A stretch of DNA of 53,244 nt, filler included, from Jimgerdemannia flammicorona (Eukaryota), in the NCBI GenBank assembly GCA_003990765.1. It is 3 parts of 3 records of this genome, joined end to end, with 100 filler letters (N's around TTAATTAATTAA, not from the genome) between each part and the next. Parts side by side here need not be neighbours in the genome. Positions count along the whole stretch, not along the records: positions 35,565 to 53,244 come from RBNJ01002454.1; 2 more parts are not named here. One strand, given 5' to 3'. Below the pieces are notes generated by a model. It searched no databases and was not told where the DNA came from. It saw only the letters and a list, made by a program, of their open reading frames with translations. Shown piece after piece: positions 38,871 to 50,400 of the stretch; position 1 is the stretch's first letter; every line of letters starts with the position of its first letter. The position numbers and the translations under genes are program-made.

Positions 38871-40865
38871 TTACAAAAACTGCTCCATCTGCTGATCCCA
38901 GGCCTTAATGAGCCTATTATCCATTGTAAGTATGATGACTATTATGTCTGAGTTCTCCTCAAAGGTAATGATACCATAGTAGTTGTATAGTTAGAAGAGG
39001 ATGGCCATATTGGCCACAAACAGGACTCCAAAACCATAGGTGAGATCATACTAGACTCCTCTGCTATTCTCCCAAGTTGGGCCCTTCCTTTTCAGATACT
39101 AGAGTGACATTGTTGTCTGTGTATATGGGTAGAGAAATATTATATCTGATGTATTCTGATGTGACACGAGTGTATAGTTGGGTGAACCCTTGGCCCAGGA
39201 CCTCATACTGCTAGGCTATGCTGATAGATACCTGCTCTTGGTCCAGCTCTGGGAGCCCTGGCTTGGAAACCTGCCAAAATAGATAGCAACCAGTCAGTCC
39301 TTTTTGTATATGAGGGGGCAGAAATCCCCCAGGCTACAGAAACCCCCTGGGCTGCAGAAACCCTCTGAGCTGCAGAAATCTCCCAGGCTGTAGCATCCCA
39401 AAAAAGGGGAGCTCCTCACCTCATATGGTATGCTAAATTGTACTAAGAATATATGTACAGCTATACCAAGATCACCACCAAGCTGATCTGCTATATACTC
39501 TATCAATCTGCTCAAAAAACCCCAGATCATAGCTGCTATCACCATACAGGCCATGTCATGCTCACATGTAGTTTGCTCTTCAACAGTACTTCTAAAGTTC
39601 TGATAGAGGTATAGAATCTTATATATCCCTGAAATTGTATCAAAAAAGAGTATGTTGGCAAAGAGTGTGATTTATCTGGAGAGGAGAAAAAAAAAGAGAG
39701 ATAAGTGTGGAGGATTTCAAAACTCCAGAACCCACCCTTTACCAGTATTGCAGTATACCCAATTCCCATCCAAACCCCCCCTCCTTGCTTTTTTTGCCCC
39801 CTCTTTCCTACCACCTAGTATTTGATACAATTCTTGCAAATCTCATTGATGTAGTGGTGAAGCTCATTGCTATAGAGGTTCCTTACCACCATCATAACCA
39901 CCTCTTTATATGTATTCATTAATAATAATATGGTTCTCTTCATCATTGGTTATTCCTACTGACCAATGGACTCCTTGGTTGAGAACAATTGGCTTTGATT
40001 TGAATATAGACCTCAAGCCTTGATGATGATGCTGATACTACTTATGCTGAATATCTTGCTCTTGAATTTCTCTATTTGATCAGATGCCAGATGTGGTTGA
40101 ACTCAGGTAACTTTGAACTCTCCTTTCTAATGGAACTGAGCCCTAATCTGAGGGACTGAGATAAGTGTGTGGATGGGTTGTATATGGACAGGTTGCATGC
40201 AGATAGGTTGTATGCAGGCAGGTTGCATATAGGTGTGGGTGTTTTTTAGGAGGAGACCATGTAAAAAATGAAATTAAATAAAACATGGAGATGGGTATTT
40301 CAGAAAAAGAGTATAAGTAAGTAAGCTACACACTGACAAGTTGTATATCAATAAGTTGCATGAGTTGCACAAGATTTCTCATGAAGGCTTGCTTCTGTTC
40401 CTTTTGAGACCTCTACCACATAATACATTGACTCAACAGCTCAGCCACCAAAGGCATGCCCCACAATGTCTACTAGTCTTTCTTCATCTTGACCAGATAT
40501 TGTGAATAAAGTCAGCAGATCTTACTGTAGAACTGTAGACCCTAAGAAAAGCACAAGATAAATTGGGTCATGCTGGAGAAATTTAAATAAATATAAGTAA
40601 ACAAGTAGTGGCTGAGTGAGCAACCTACATCTACTATCAGTTGCTCCAAAAAGGCTACCACATATATAGCTGTGAGGTCTGTGAATTCTGAGGTCTGAAG
40701 AGTCACTATGAGTTGTTGCCAGAATTCTCTCTCATCTCTACCATCGCTACCACCATCACCACCACCATTGCCATCATCATCACCACTACCATCGCCACTA
40801 CTGTTACCCCTTTGGCTCTCGATGAGCAGCTTGTGTACTACCCATATGAGAAAGAATCCACCTTT
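38871..40865 (-). pseudogene. TET/JBP-like dioxygenase passenger gene, copy A (decayed)
   Basis: Homologous to 45425-47400. HxD reads YTD at 39115-39123 (CAC>TAC), the distal motif reads YYG, and there are multiple stops and a deletion. Confidence 0.6.
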
Positions 40866-41429
40866 CTCAGCTAACATTCATGTTACACATACTTTACAAC
40901 ACACTCTCAAGTCATTTATTGGAGAAAGGTAATAAGAAAATGGCAAACAACAAGCATTCTAGAGTGCATACTGGGTAGAGCAGCCCTAGCATGTTTGACT
41001 GGCAGCAGGTGAGGAGAGGTCCTGGCCTGGGGGGTGGCATGAGAGGGCTGTTGGCAGGAGGACAAGAAGGAGGTGGAGGCAGCAGTGGAGGACAGGGGTC
41101 TGAGAGGGCAAGCTTTGCAGAGATGGTGAAGGAGAGGTAGCAGATAACAGAGCTGGAAGGTTGGCTAAGGAAAGGCAAGAAGAAGGAGATGATAACAGTT
41201 CGTGGGGGAGTAGCACTTGGGGGTGAGGGCAGTAGAGCTGGGAGAGTAGTGGCTGGGGGGGGTGTGATGGTTGATAGTGACAAGACTGCCAATCTGGAAA
41301 AAAATCCAGATGTGATAGCTGATGGTAGTGCTCCGAACGAGTCAATTCGAATTAAATCCAGATTCAATTTGTCACATGACAGTTTGATTCGAATCTCAAA
41401 TCCAAAGCCATCCAAATCAATTCGGATTT

Positions 41430-41830
41430 AATCCGAATCGCCCCATCTGAATTGCCCCATCTGAATCACCCATCTGAATCACCCTAATCTGAATCACTCA
41501 ATCTGAATCACTCAATCCGAATCACCCCATCCGAATCACCCATCTGAATCACCTCAATCTGAATCACTCAATCTGAATCACTCAATCCAAATTGCCCCAT
41601 CTGAATTGCCCCATCCGAATCACCCATCTGAATCACCCATCCAAACCACCCCAATCCAAATCACTCAATTCGAATTACTCAATCTGAATCACTCAATCTG
41701 AATCACTCAATTCGAATCCTCCAATTCAAATCCTCCAATTCAAATCCTCTAATTCGAATTCTCCAATTCAAATCCTTCAATCTGAATCCCCATTCAAATC
41801 CTTCAACTGAATCCTCCAATCCAAATCCTC
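41430..41830 (+). repeat. hAT left subterminal array of 13-14 bp units (C[C/T]GAATCACCCAT / C[C/T]GAATCACTCAAT)
   Basis: About 25-30 direct units. A related GATCAATC[C/T](G/A)GAT array lies at the right end (~47660-47820). Confidence 0.9.
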
Positions 41831-41889
41831 CACATGACTCATATGCTGGATGTGTTCACAATACAACACACACACACACATATACACAT

Positions 41890-44530
41890 ATGCATACACA
41901 TGTATATGTATACACAAATACGCAAACACATATGTTGACAGATCAGTCTTCAACAGTTCACAGTACCAATGATACTTCAAGTCAAACATCCCTGATAGTT
42001 CCACACCTTCCATGCAATCCTCACTCCGAAATCTGGCAACATTGTGCTAAGATAGGAGATGATGTTGTTTGTAATTATTGCAGGTAAAAAATTAAGACGC
42101 ACCTATTGACACTTTGTTTTGATACACACATGATATTGTTTTGACACACACATGATATTATTTCATCCACCCCCATGAACTGCACCAGCCAGAAGTTCAA
42201 AATGCTTGGGGGTATGACTTCGAACACGAATCAACACATAAAAGACAAGTACTCTGACAAAATCAAAAAGAACATGGAGATAAATAAAATCGACATCCAA
42301 GCTGTAGTGGGTATGTTTATCCGATTGCCTGACCATTTCTGTACCAATAATGCCATTTAATCAAAAATATTTAGCCATACTCTTCGGCAGAATTTCGAAA
42401 TCAGCTCATTCGCTGGATTGTATACACAGACCAGCCATTCACAACCATCAAGAGTGATCAATTGCATAGCATCTTTGGCCTCCTCAAGTATGATTTATAT
42501 TTGCCAAGTGCTGATACTATTCACAAAGATATTCTGGAGGCCTATAGGAAGGAGTATGACAATCTCCACCAGACACTTCAGGTAAAATAAAGGCAGCACC
42601 ATGACCTTTGCAAGCTGAATTATATAAAAGAGCTCACCAATTTAACCTTATATTCAATAAGCAGAATTTGGCAGGCAAAATTTCATTTACGATCGACACA
42701 TGGATATCCCCTAATGCAATTTCATTTCTGGGCATTATCAGTCATTAGATTGACCTCAATTGGCAGCTTAAATCTCTCACCCTTGACTTCATCAAACTTG
42801 CTGGCTCTCATTCTGGAGACAACATCACAGATGCTTTTATTAGTTGTATCTGGGAGCTTGGGATTACAACTAAGATAAAAAAAAAGGGGGGCTTGCCATC
42901 AGGTCAGCATTTTGAGGGAGGTCCTTAAACAGAACAGATTTTGTTAGTTATTTATTTTCACATAATTCACCAACTGAATATTTCAAGTACAGATTTTGAC
43001 CATTACAACAGACAATGCCACAAATAACTCAACATTTTTCCAAGCTTTAGTGACTAGCCTCAAACAGGAAAACATGGCCTTTAGTACAAAAAGCTGCCAT
43101 GTGCGATGCCAGGCCCATATACTGAATCTCGCTGTTCAGGACTATCTTACGCACATAGACAAAACATCCGAGAGAGGAGGGGCCCTGAGTATAATTTCCA
43201 AGCTATGCAAACTGGTTGTGTCAGTCTGATCATTCCTACAATGATGAGACAAATTCACTGCATAGTGTAGGGCAATCAGTTTAGCCCCAAAAGAGCTTAT
43301 GTTGGATGTCTGTATACATTGGAACTCAACATTTGCAATGATCCAGCACGTGCTGGAGTTTGCTGTAGTATGCATCCTTTTTTTCTTTGGTCAGCTGAAG
43401 CAACTGTTTTGGATGATGGAAGATTTATTTTTAAAAAAAAAAAAAAGCCAATAGATTCAACGATGGCTACTGATAAGGAAATATGGGCTGAGGCTCTAGG
43501 TGAAAGTGAGTGAGATGTACTTAGGAATGTTGTCAGAGTTTTGGAAGTAAGTAGTGGTTGCTCTAGCTCTACACTCATTTTGTCTATCTCTACACAATAC
43601 AACATCTCACCACATATAACTGCCAGTGTTTCGACAATTGTATGAAGGATATAGTCAAACAAATGACCCTGACAATAAGCTCTGTGATACCAGTATACAA
43701 CCTTCTGATTGACCAGCTAGAGGACAAGCTCGAGGACAGGCTGGAGAGTTGCAGTGATTTACAGTTAAGTCTGGATCAGAGAGATGCCATGGAGATTACT
43801 CTAAGCAAGCTCAGAAAATACTACTCCTAAACAGATACTGCCATATACTCAATTAGTACAGGTATGTCAATATCAGTGTATGGCTGTTGCCCCTTCCAAA
43901 ACAGAGGAAACCTCGCAAAAACTCACTCTCCTTTTCTTCAAACAGTGCTGGACCCACGCTTAAAGCTACAATACCATAAAGATTAGGGCTGGGAGCAACA
44001 CTTCATTGAGAGAATCAAGCAGGCCATAATCGAAGTATACTAGAAAAACTATACACCACCACAAGGTTCTGGCCAAAGTCCAGATAAATATGCCAAGAGT
44101 TTCCTCCTGTCCCACATTTAATTCAGCAGCAGAAAGAGGAAGAGGGAGCCATCAGTGAAAGAGCTGCTGTCAATAGACGAACTCACCATTTACCTCACCA
44201 GTAACTACATGATCCTGCTGGAGGGCACAGAGGTGCTCAATTGGTGGAAGGTGGGTTGTCAGGTGGGTATTATCAGGCAGGTATTGGGCCAATTTAACCC
44301 ACCAACCTAACCACTGCTCTACCCACCAGGGCATGCAGCTGTGTCAAATGGACTTCTCCAGCCTGTGTGGTATAGCTCAGGACTACCTGGTAATTTCTGC
44401 CTCCAGCACTCCTGTCGAGTGGGTGTTCTCAGGTAGGGTGGACCTTGTTGCCCCAAAGAGGTGTGTGCTGAATGCTAAGACAATCTGGGTGTGTATGTGT
44501 CTGAAGTCTTAGTGGGGCTTGGGCCGCTAA
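41890..44530 (+). pseudogene. hAT transposase (BED finger, DDE core, C-terminal dimerisation domain), at least 8 introns
   Basis: SEIWQHC..VVCNYC/..TSN..HI (BED), ISFTIDTWISP, ITTDNATNN, HVRCQAHILNLAVQD, WNSTFAMI, VLDPRLK, VLNWWK and AQDYLVISASSTPVEWVFS. Introns at ~42084-42188, 42311-42390, 42582-42664, 42875-42992, ~43368-43455, 43547-43626, 43862-43945 and 44251-44337. There are scattered stops and the start is uncertain. Confidence 0.93.
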
Positions 44531-44639
44531 AATTTGGCAGGTCTACGGATAAGTTGGTTGGCCTTGTGGAATATTTAATACCTTTCAAAATAATAAAAAA
44601 GGAAAAAAAAACCTGAGGACTCAGCCTGGAGTTTGTGGC

Positions 44640-45150
44640 CAAAGTGGGGCAGGGTTGGCAGTGGCAGCAGAGGGAGCATGCAATATTTGTGGCCCTCAGC
44701 CAGTAGCAAGGGGCAGCCCCAAGCTACCAGTGCCTGGGTCAGTGGGTGGGTCAGTGGGTGGGTCGGTAGGTTGGTGGGTCAGTGGGCAGTGGGCGGGTCA
44801 GTGGAGGGAGCATGCAAAATTTGCGGCCCTCTGCCAGTAGTAAGGGGCAGTCCCAAGCTGCAAGTGTCCAGATCAGGGGGGTAGGCAGAGAGAGCACACA
44901 AAATTTGCAGCCCTCCACCAGCAGTGAGGGGCAGCTCCAAGCTGTCAGTGCTCAGGTCAGTGGGCAGGGTCAGTTGGCAGACATGGGGTTGGCAGAGGGA
45001 GCATGCAAAAATTTGCAGCCCTCCGCCGGCAGCAAGGGGCTGCCCCAAGCCACAAGTGTCTGGGATGGGCAGGGCAGGCAGAGGGAGCATGCAAAATTTG
45101 TGGCCCTCCACCAGCAGCATAGGGGCAGCCCCAAGCCACCAAGGAGTCTG
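44640..45150 (+). repeat. ~80-130-bp GC-rich tandem repeats between the two convergent hAT genes
   Basis: About 5 units with core GGGAGCATGCAAAATTTG(C/T)GGCCCTC..CAG(C/T)AG(C/T)AAGGGGCAGCCCCAAGC. The same array is present in copy A (~38110-38620). Confidence 0.85.
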
Positions 45151-45424
45151 GGACAGAGGGTGCTTCTGGTAGTCGGAGGGTGCTTCTGGTGGTCAGAGGG
45201 TATTTCTGGTGGTCGAAGTCACCAGTTCAGGTCCCACAGGCACCCTGGCCCTGCACCGCAGTACTGCACTGGTGGTACTACAGAGTAGGGCCAAGGGGCT
45301 GGTAGGGCCCTGCATAATGGCTAAGCTAGTGCTACATAAGAGGTGTCCAGCCCAACCCCCCCACATAAGACTGCTCAATCTGTACAAAATGGCTGTCTAA
45401 CTCTCATGAAAGATTGCCTAACTC

Positions 45425-47458
45425 TCACAAAAACTGCTCCATCTGCCGGTCCCAGGCCTTGATGAGCCTGTCATCCATTGTGAGTATGATGACTGTTGTG
45501 TCCGAGCTCTCCTCGAAGGCAATGGTACTGTGGTAGTCATGTGGTTGAAATAGGATAGCTGTGTTGACTGCAAATGGGACCCCGAAACTGTAGGTGAGGT
45601 CATACCAGACTCCACCACTATCCTCCCAGGTTGGGCCCTTCCTTTCTGAGATATAAAACATTACTGGGGTGATATTTTTGTCTGTGTGTATGGGCAGAGA
45701 AAGGTTGTACCCAACATATCCTGATATGATGTGAGCATATAGTTGGGTGAACCCTTGGCCCAGGACTTCATACTGCCAGGCTGTACTGGTGGATGCCTGC
45801 TCTTGGTCCAGCCCTGGGAGCCCCAGCTTGGAAATCTGCCAAAATGGATGGTAACCAGTCAGTCCTTTTTGCGTTCAGGGGGGCAGAAACCCCCTGGGCC
45901 GCAGAAACCCCCTGGGCTGCAGCACCCCAAAAAGCAGAGCTCCTCACCTCATACGGCATGCTAAATTGTACCAAGAATATACATACAACTGTGCCGAGAT
46001 CACCACCAAGCTGGCCTGCCATATGCTCTACCAATCTGCTCAAAGAACCCCAGATCATAGCTGCCATTACCGCACAGGCCATATCATGCTCACGTGCAGT
46101 TTGCTCTTTGATGGCACTTCTAAAGTTCCGGTAGGAGTACAGAATCTTGTGTATCTCTGGAATTGTATCAAAAAGAGTATGTTGGCAAAGAGTATGATTT
46201 ATCTGAGGAGGGGTTAAAAAAAAAGGGAGACAAGTGTGGGGAATTTCAGAACTCTGGAACCCACTCTTTACCAGTGTTGCAGTATACCCAATTCCTGTCC
46301 AAACCCCCCCTCCTTGCTTTTTTTGCCCCCTCTTTCCTACCACCTAGTATTTGACACAATCCTTGCAAATCTTGTTGATGTAGTGGCAGAGCTCATCACT
46401 GTAGAGGTTCCTTACCACTATCACAACTACCTCTCTGCATTCATTAATAAAGATATAGTTCTCTTCATCATTGGTTACTCCTGCTGGCCAATAGACCCCT
46501 TGGTCGAGTATGATTGGCTCTGATTTGAATGTAGACCCCCAAGTCTTGATGACGATGCTAGTACTGCTCATGCTGAACATCTTGCCCTTGAATTTCTCTA
46601 TTTGATCAGACACCAGATGTGGTTGAATTCGGGTAACTTTGAACTCTTCTTTTTAGTAGAACTGAGCCCTGATCTGAGAGACTGAGATAAGTATGTGGAT
46701 GGGTTGCATGTGGGTGGGTTGCATGTGGGCGGGTTGTGAGCGGGTTGTATGTGGGCAGGTTGCGTGCAGGTGGGTTGCATGCAGATGGGTTGCATGTGGG
46801 TTACATGCAGGTGTGGGTGTTTTTTAGGGAGAGACCACGTAAAAATGAAATTAAATAAAACATGGAGATGGGTATTTCAGAAAAAGAGCATGAGTGAGTG
46901 AGCTGCATACCAACGAGTTGCACACTGATGAGTTACATAAGTTGCACAAGAATTGCTCACAAAGGCTTACTTTTGTTCCTTTTGAGACCTCTGCCATGTG
47001 ATGCATTGACTCAACAGCTCAGCTACCAAAGGCATGCCCCACAACGTCCGCCAGCCTTTCTTCATCTTGACCAGATGTTGTGAATAAAGTCAGCAGATCT
47101 CGCTGTAGAGCTGTGGACCCTAAGAAAAGCATGAGGTGAATTGGGTTGTGCTGGGGAAGTTTAAATAAATACAAGTAAACAAGTAGCAGCTGAGTGAGCA
47201 ACCTATATCTACTATCGGCTGCTCCAAAAAGGCTGCCGTGTACATAGCTGTGAGGTCTGTGAATTCCGAGGTCCAAAGGGCTGCCATGAGTTGTTGCCAG
47301 AATTCTCCCTCATCTCCACCATCGCCATCGCCACTGCCACCACCATCACCCCTTTGGCTCTCGATGAGCAGCTTGTGTGCTGTCCATATGAGAAAGAATC
47401 TAACATTGTCAGCAGAGAGTGTGTTTCCACCTCAAATACTCTCTCTTTTGACAATCAT
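45425..47458 (-). pseudogene. Spliced passenger gene encoding a TET/JBP-like Fe(II) dioxygenase (2OG-FeII double-stranded beta-helix fold)
   Basis: The 3' exons ~46680-46272, 46202-45948 and 45772-45425 join in phase 0 via GT-AG introns. Translation includes YIFINECREVVVIVVRNLYSDE, GVWTGIGY and GYVGYNLSLPIHTDKN...DSGGVWYDLTYSFGVPFAVNTAILFQPHDYHSTIAF...DTTVIILT. HxD is at 45680-45688 and the distal His at 45530-45532. There is one stop (TAG, 46344-46346) in the 46613-45425 core. The 5' exons and ATG 47458 are tentative. Confidence 0.7.
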
Positions 47459-50400
47459 TGCAGAGTGAAAAATGAGTAGACTGGACCAATGTATGAATTA
47501 AGGGCTGCTGTTTTGTTTGCTCATGATGCAGCAGGAAAGAATAAAGAAAAAGAACAAAGAAAAGAGAGGGAACAAAGGAAAGGGTGATATCACCAAAGTG
47601 TGGTAGAAAAAAAAAAACAAGAGCAAAATGAACAAAAGAAAGAGTGATGTCACCAAAGATTTCAATCTGGATGAATCAATCTGGATAGGTCAATCCAGAT
47701 GGATCAATCTGGATGGATCAATCTGGATCAATCCAGATCAATCCAGATCAGATCACGAGACCAATCTGAGTTAATTCAAATCTATCACATAATGAATCTG
47801 AATCGAATCTCATCTGGATCAACTCCATTTGTTCGGAGCACTAGCTAATGGTATGGCTGAGCAACTGAGGCTTAGAAGGTAGAGAGATTTGACAGATGAT
47901 GTGATGGGCCTGGTAGTGGTACTGTTACTTAAGAAATTGATCTTAACATTTATAGTGACATTGTGCTTCTAAGGCCTGGTGGTGATGGTGAAAATTGTGC
48001 TGGGGCTTATTACTAAGCAGGTGACTAGAGCAGCATCCATGAAGTTTCTGAAGGGATTGGAGGGAATAGAGGTAGGTTTTAAGGAGGCTGAGCCCCTGGA
48101 GGAAGCGCTGAAGGTTGGATTGATTGTTGGAGAGGTATGTATCCCAATGACATGCTGTCTGAAATGGAACCCCAGGGTGGTCCAACTGCTGGTGAAAAGA
48201 GTGTCCACAGTGACAGCAATGGAGATAAGAAGGAGAGTTGAGGAGGTTATGGTAGAGTATAGTGAGATAGTGGATATCAGGTTCAGGGTCTGGGAAGGGA
48301 CCTCACTCAGGACTGGGGATGTGGATGTGCAGATTTGGCTGGCAGAGAAAGAAGCTACAAGGAAGACAAGAAACTGGCCTTCAGTGATAGTCTGGGGGGT
48401 GATCTTATGCAAGGTGACAAGGGTGAAGGGGAGTGAAGAGGAGAAAGAAGACTTGCTGGAGATACTGAAAGAGATGAGTGGAGTGGTGGAGTAGTGGGCA
48501 AAGGCTTAGAGGTCCTTTGTGGAGTTGGCACACTTAGAGGTGGTGGATGGGAAGAGGATCAGAGTGGACAAGGAGTAATAAAAAAAAGCTCAGGGCCATA
48601 AATGTCAGAAGAAGTTACTGGCTAAGATGGAGAGTTAACTGCTGAAGGAGGCAGGTGGAATGGTGGAACCAGGGGGTACTAAGGTGAGTGTCTGGGCTGG
48701 TAAGAAGGGTGAGAATACAGGGAAAAGAACAGAGGAGGACAGGAAAGCAGCTGGTGGCAACCTGTATGCTGATGGTATACTTGAGATCTGGGAGGAGAAC
48801 TGGAAGGGATTGCCTACCCCTACCCCTCACATCAGACAAGGACTAGCTTACTGGAGCAGGGCAGAAGAGAATATGCCAATAAAGGGGGTCCAGAGAGTAC
48901 AATTTAGTATGCCTGAGATAGCAAATGGGAGACAGGTGGTGGCAGTTAGAGAGGAGAAATTGGTGGATGTCCCAGAGGTGTGAGATGAGACTGTGAGTAC
49001 CAGGGCTGATACCACAATATTGGATGATAAAAGACTAGTGACCCCAAGAGGGAAGGAGGTGGGAAATCTACTTTGGATGTGCAGAATAATGAATAACCTA
49101 GTGGTTGAAGAGCTCAGGGAGGTAGACTTGAGGGTGATGAGTGATGAGCATTGAGTGTGGGTATTGCAGGGAGATGATGTGGAGTTGGTATTGAAGGCAG
49201 AGATCCTTGTGGTGTATCTGGAGGAGAAAGGATATGAAATGGATAAGAAGCAAGAGGCTGAACTAGCAGGGGTTGCTGGTGAGAGGGCCAAGTACTGTTG
49301 GGTCAAGAGATATGGGTTGCAGCTCTAGCAGGAGGCCTGCCTGAAATACTGAGAGGAGTTTGAGGAGAAGGTAGATAGAGAGATGAATAAGCTATTGGCT
49401 AGATTGGAGGCTCAGAGAGCTGAAGAGGAGACAGTGACTGCAGAACATAATCTAGACATGGTACAGAAAGAGATGAACTTGGAGCAGTAGAGATGGACTG
49501 AATAAAAACAATATACTTCAATATGAATAGTACAACCAACATTTTTTCAATAAATGTAAATGGGTTATGGGGTGCTTTTTGATGAAAGAACATTTTTACT
49601 TGGCTGAAGGGATTGGAGGCTGATCTCTTCCTCTTGCAGGATATCAGGTGTAAAGATAATCTGGATAAACTGGAATAGATGAAGGAATGGAGAGGTGAGG
49701 TAGTTTGGATAGGCAAGGTTGGGATTCTGATATGGAAAGGCAGAGAGGAGATAAGGGATATACAGAGCTGGGAGAATAGACTGGTCTGGGGCAAGTGGAT
49801 ATGTACTGGATGAGAGCCAATTACAGTGGGATCTTATTACTGTCCTGCTATATGGAGTGAGCATGTGGACTGGGTGAAGGGTTTTCAAGAGAGTGAGATA
49901 CTCACAGAAGCTGGGGTGGATATACTGAGTAGAGACTTTAATATGGTTTGAGAGGTATTGTTAGACAGAATAGATAGAGAACAAGGAGTTGAGGGTCAGA
50001 GTGGAGGGCTGGCAGCATGGGAGGAAGTAAAAAGACTGAGTACTCTGGTGGATATAGGTAGGAAGTACTGAGGGGATAGGAGGGTATATATATATTGGGC
50101 AGGAGGCTTGGGGATGAGAATTAATTGGATTCTGATAGCCAGCTGCTAGGGTTTGAATATTTGGAGATTACTAGTGAAATGGTGTCCTTGATCAGATCAT
50201 TGGGGAATTCTTGGACAGGGTCAGTTTGGGGAGAGTGGGGATGGGCCTGGACATTGGCACCTCAATTCCTCCTTATTAGATAATAGGATCTGGTGGAATG
50301 GGTGGGCTGCAGACATTCAGCTACAGGTAGAGTGTTGAAGGCAGGAAGGTACTCCAGTGGGTATTTGATAGATAAGGATGAAGGAGATGGCCAAGACATA

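Larger units (their letters stand above)
35689..40874 (+). mobile_element. hAT element copy A (internal part, older and more mutated), truncated by LTR on the left and LINE on the right
   Basis: Colinear with ~42237-47412 of copy B, including transposase, ~85-bp repeat array and passenger gene. Confidence 0.92.
41326..47843 (+). mobile_element. Complete hAT DNA transposon copy B (6518 bp) with passenger gene
   Basis: TIR TAGTGCTCCGAAC...GTTCGGAGCACTA. The 8-bp TSD is GCTGATGG (41318-41325) / GCTAATGG (47844-47851). Subterminal repeat arrays lie at both ends. Confidence 0.96.

Noticed and set aside
41430..41830. CRISPR-like appearance of regular short repeats (also 17784-17930, 21750-21965, 44640-45150)
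   Set aside because: There are no unique spacers of regular length and no cas genes, and the context is eukaryotic. These are subterminal or internal transposon tandem repeats.
44633..45400. Several 60-170 aa ORFs in the GC-rich repeat array (also 38109-38728)
   Set aside because: They are open frames produced by tandem repeats and are not conserved in frame between the two copies.
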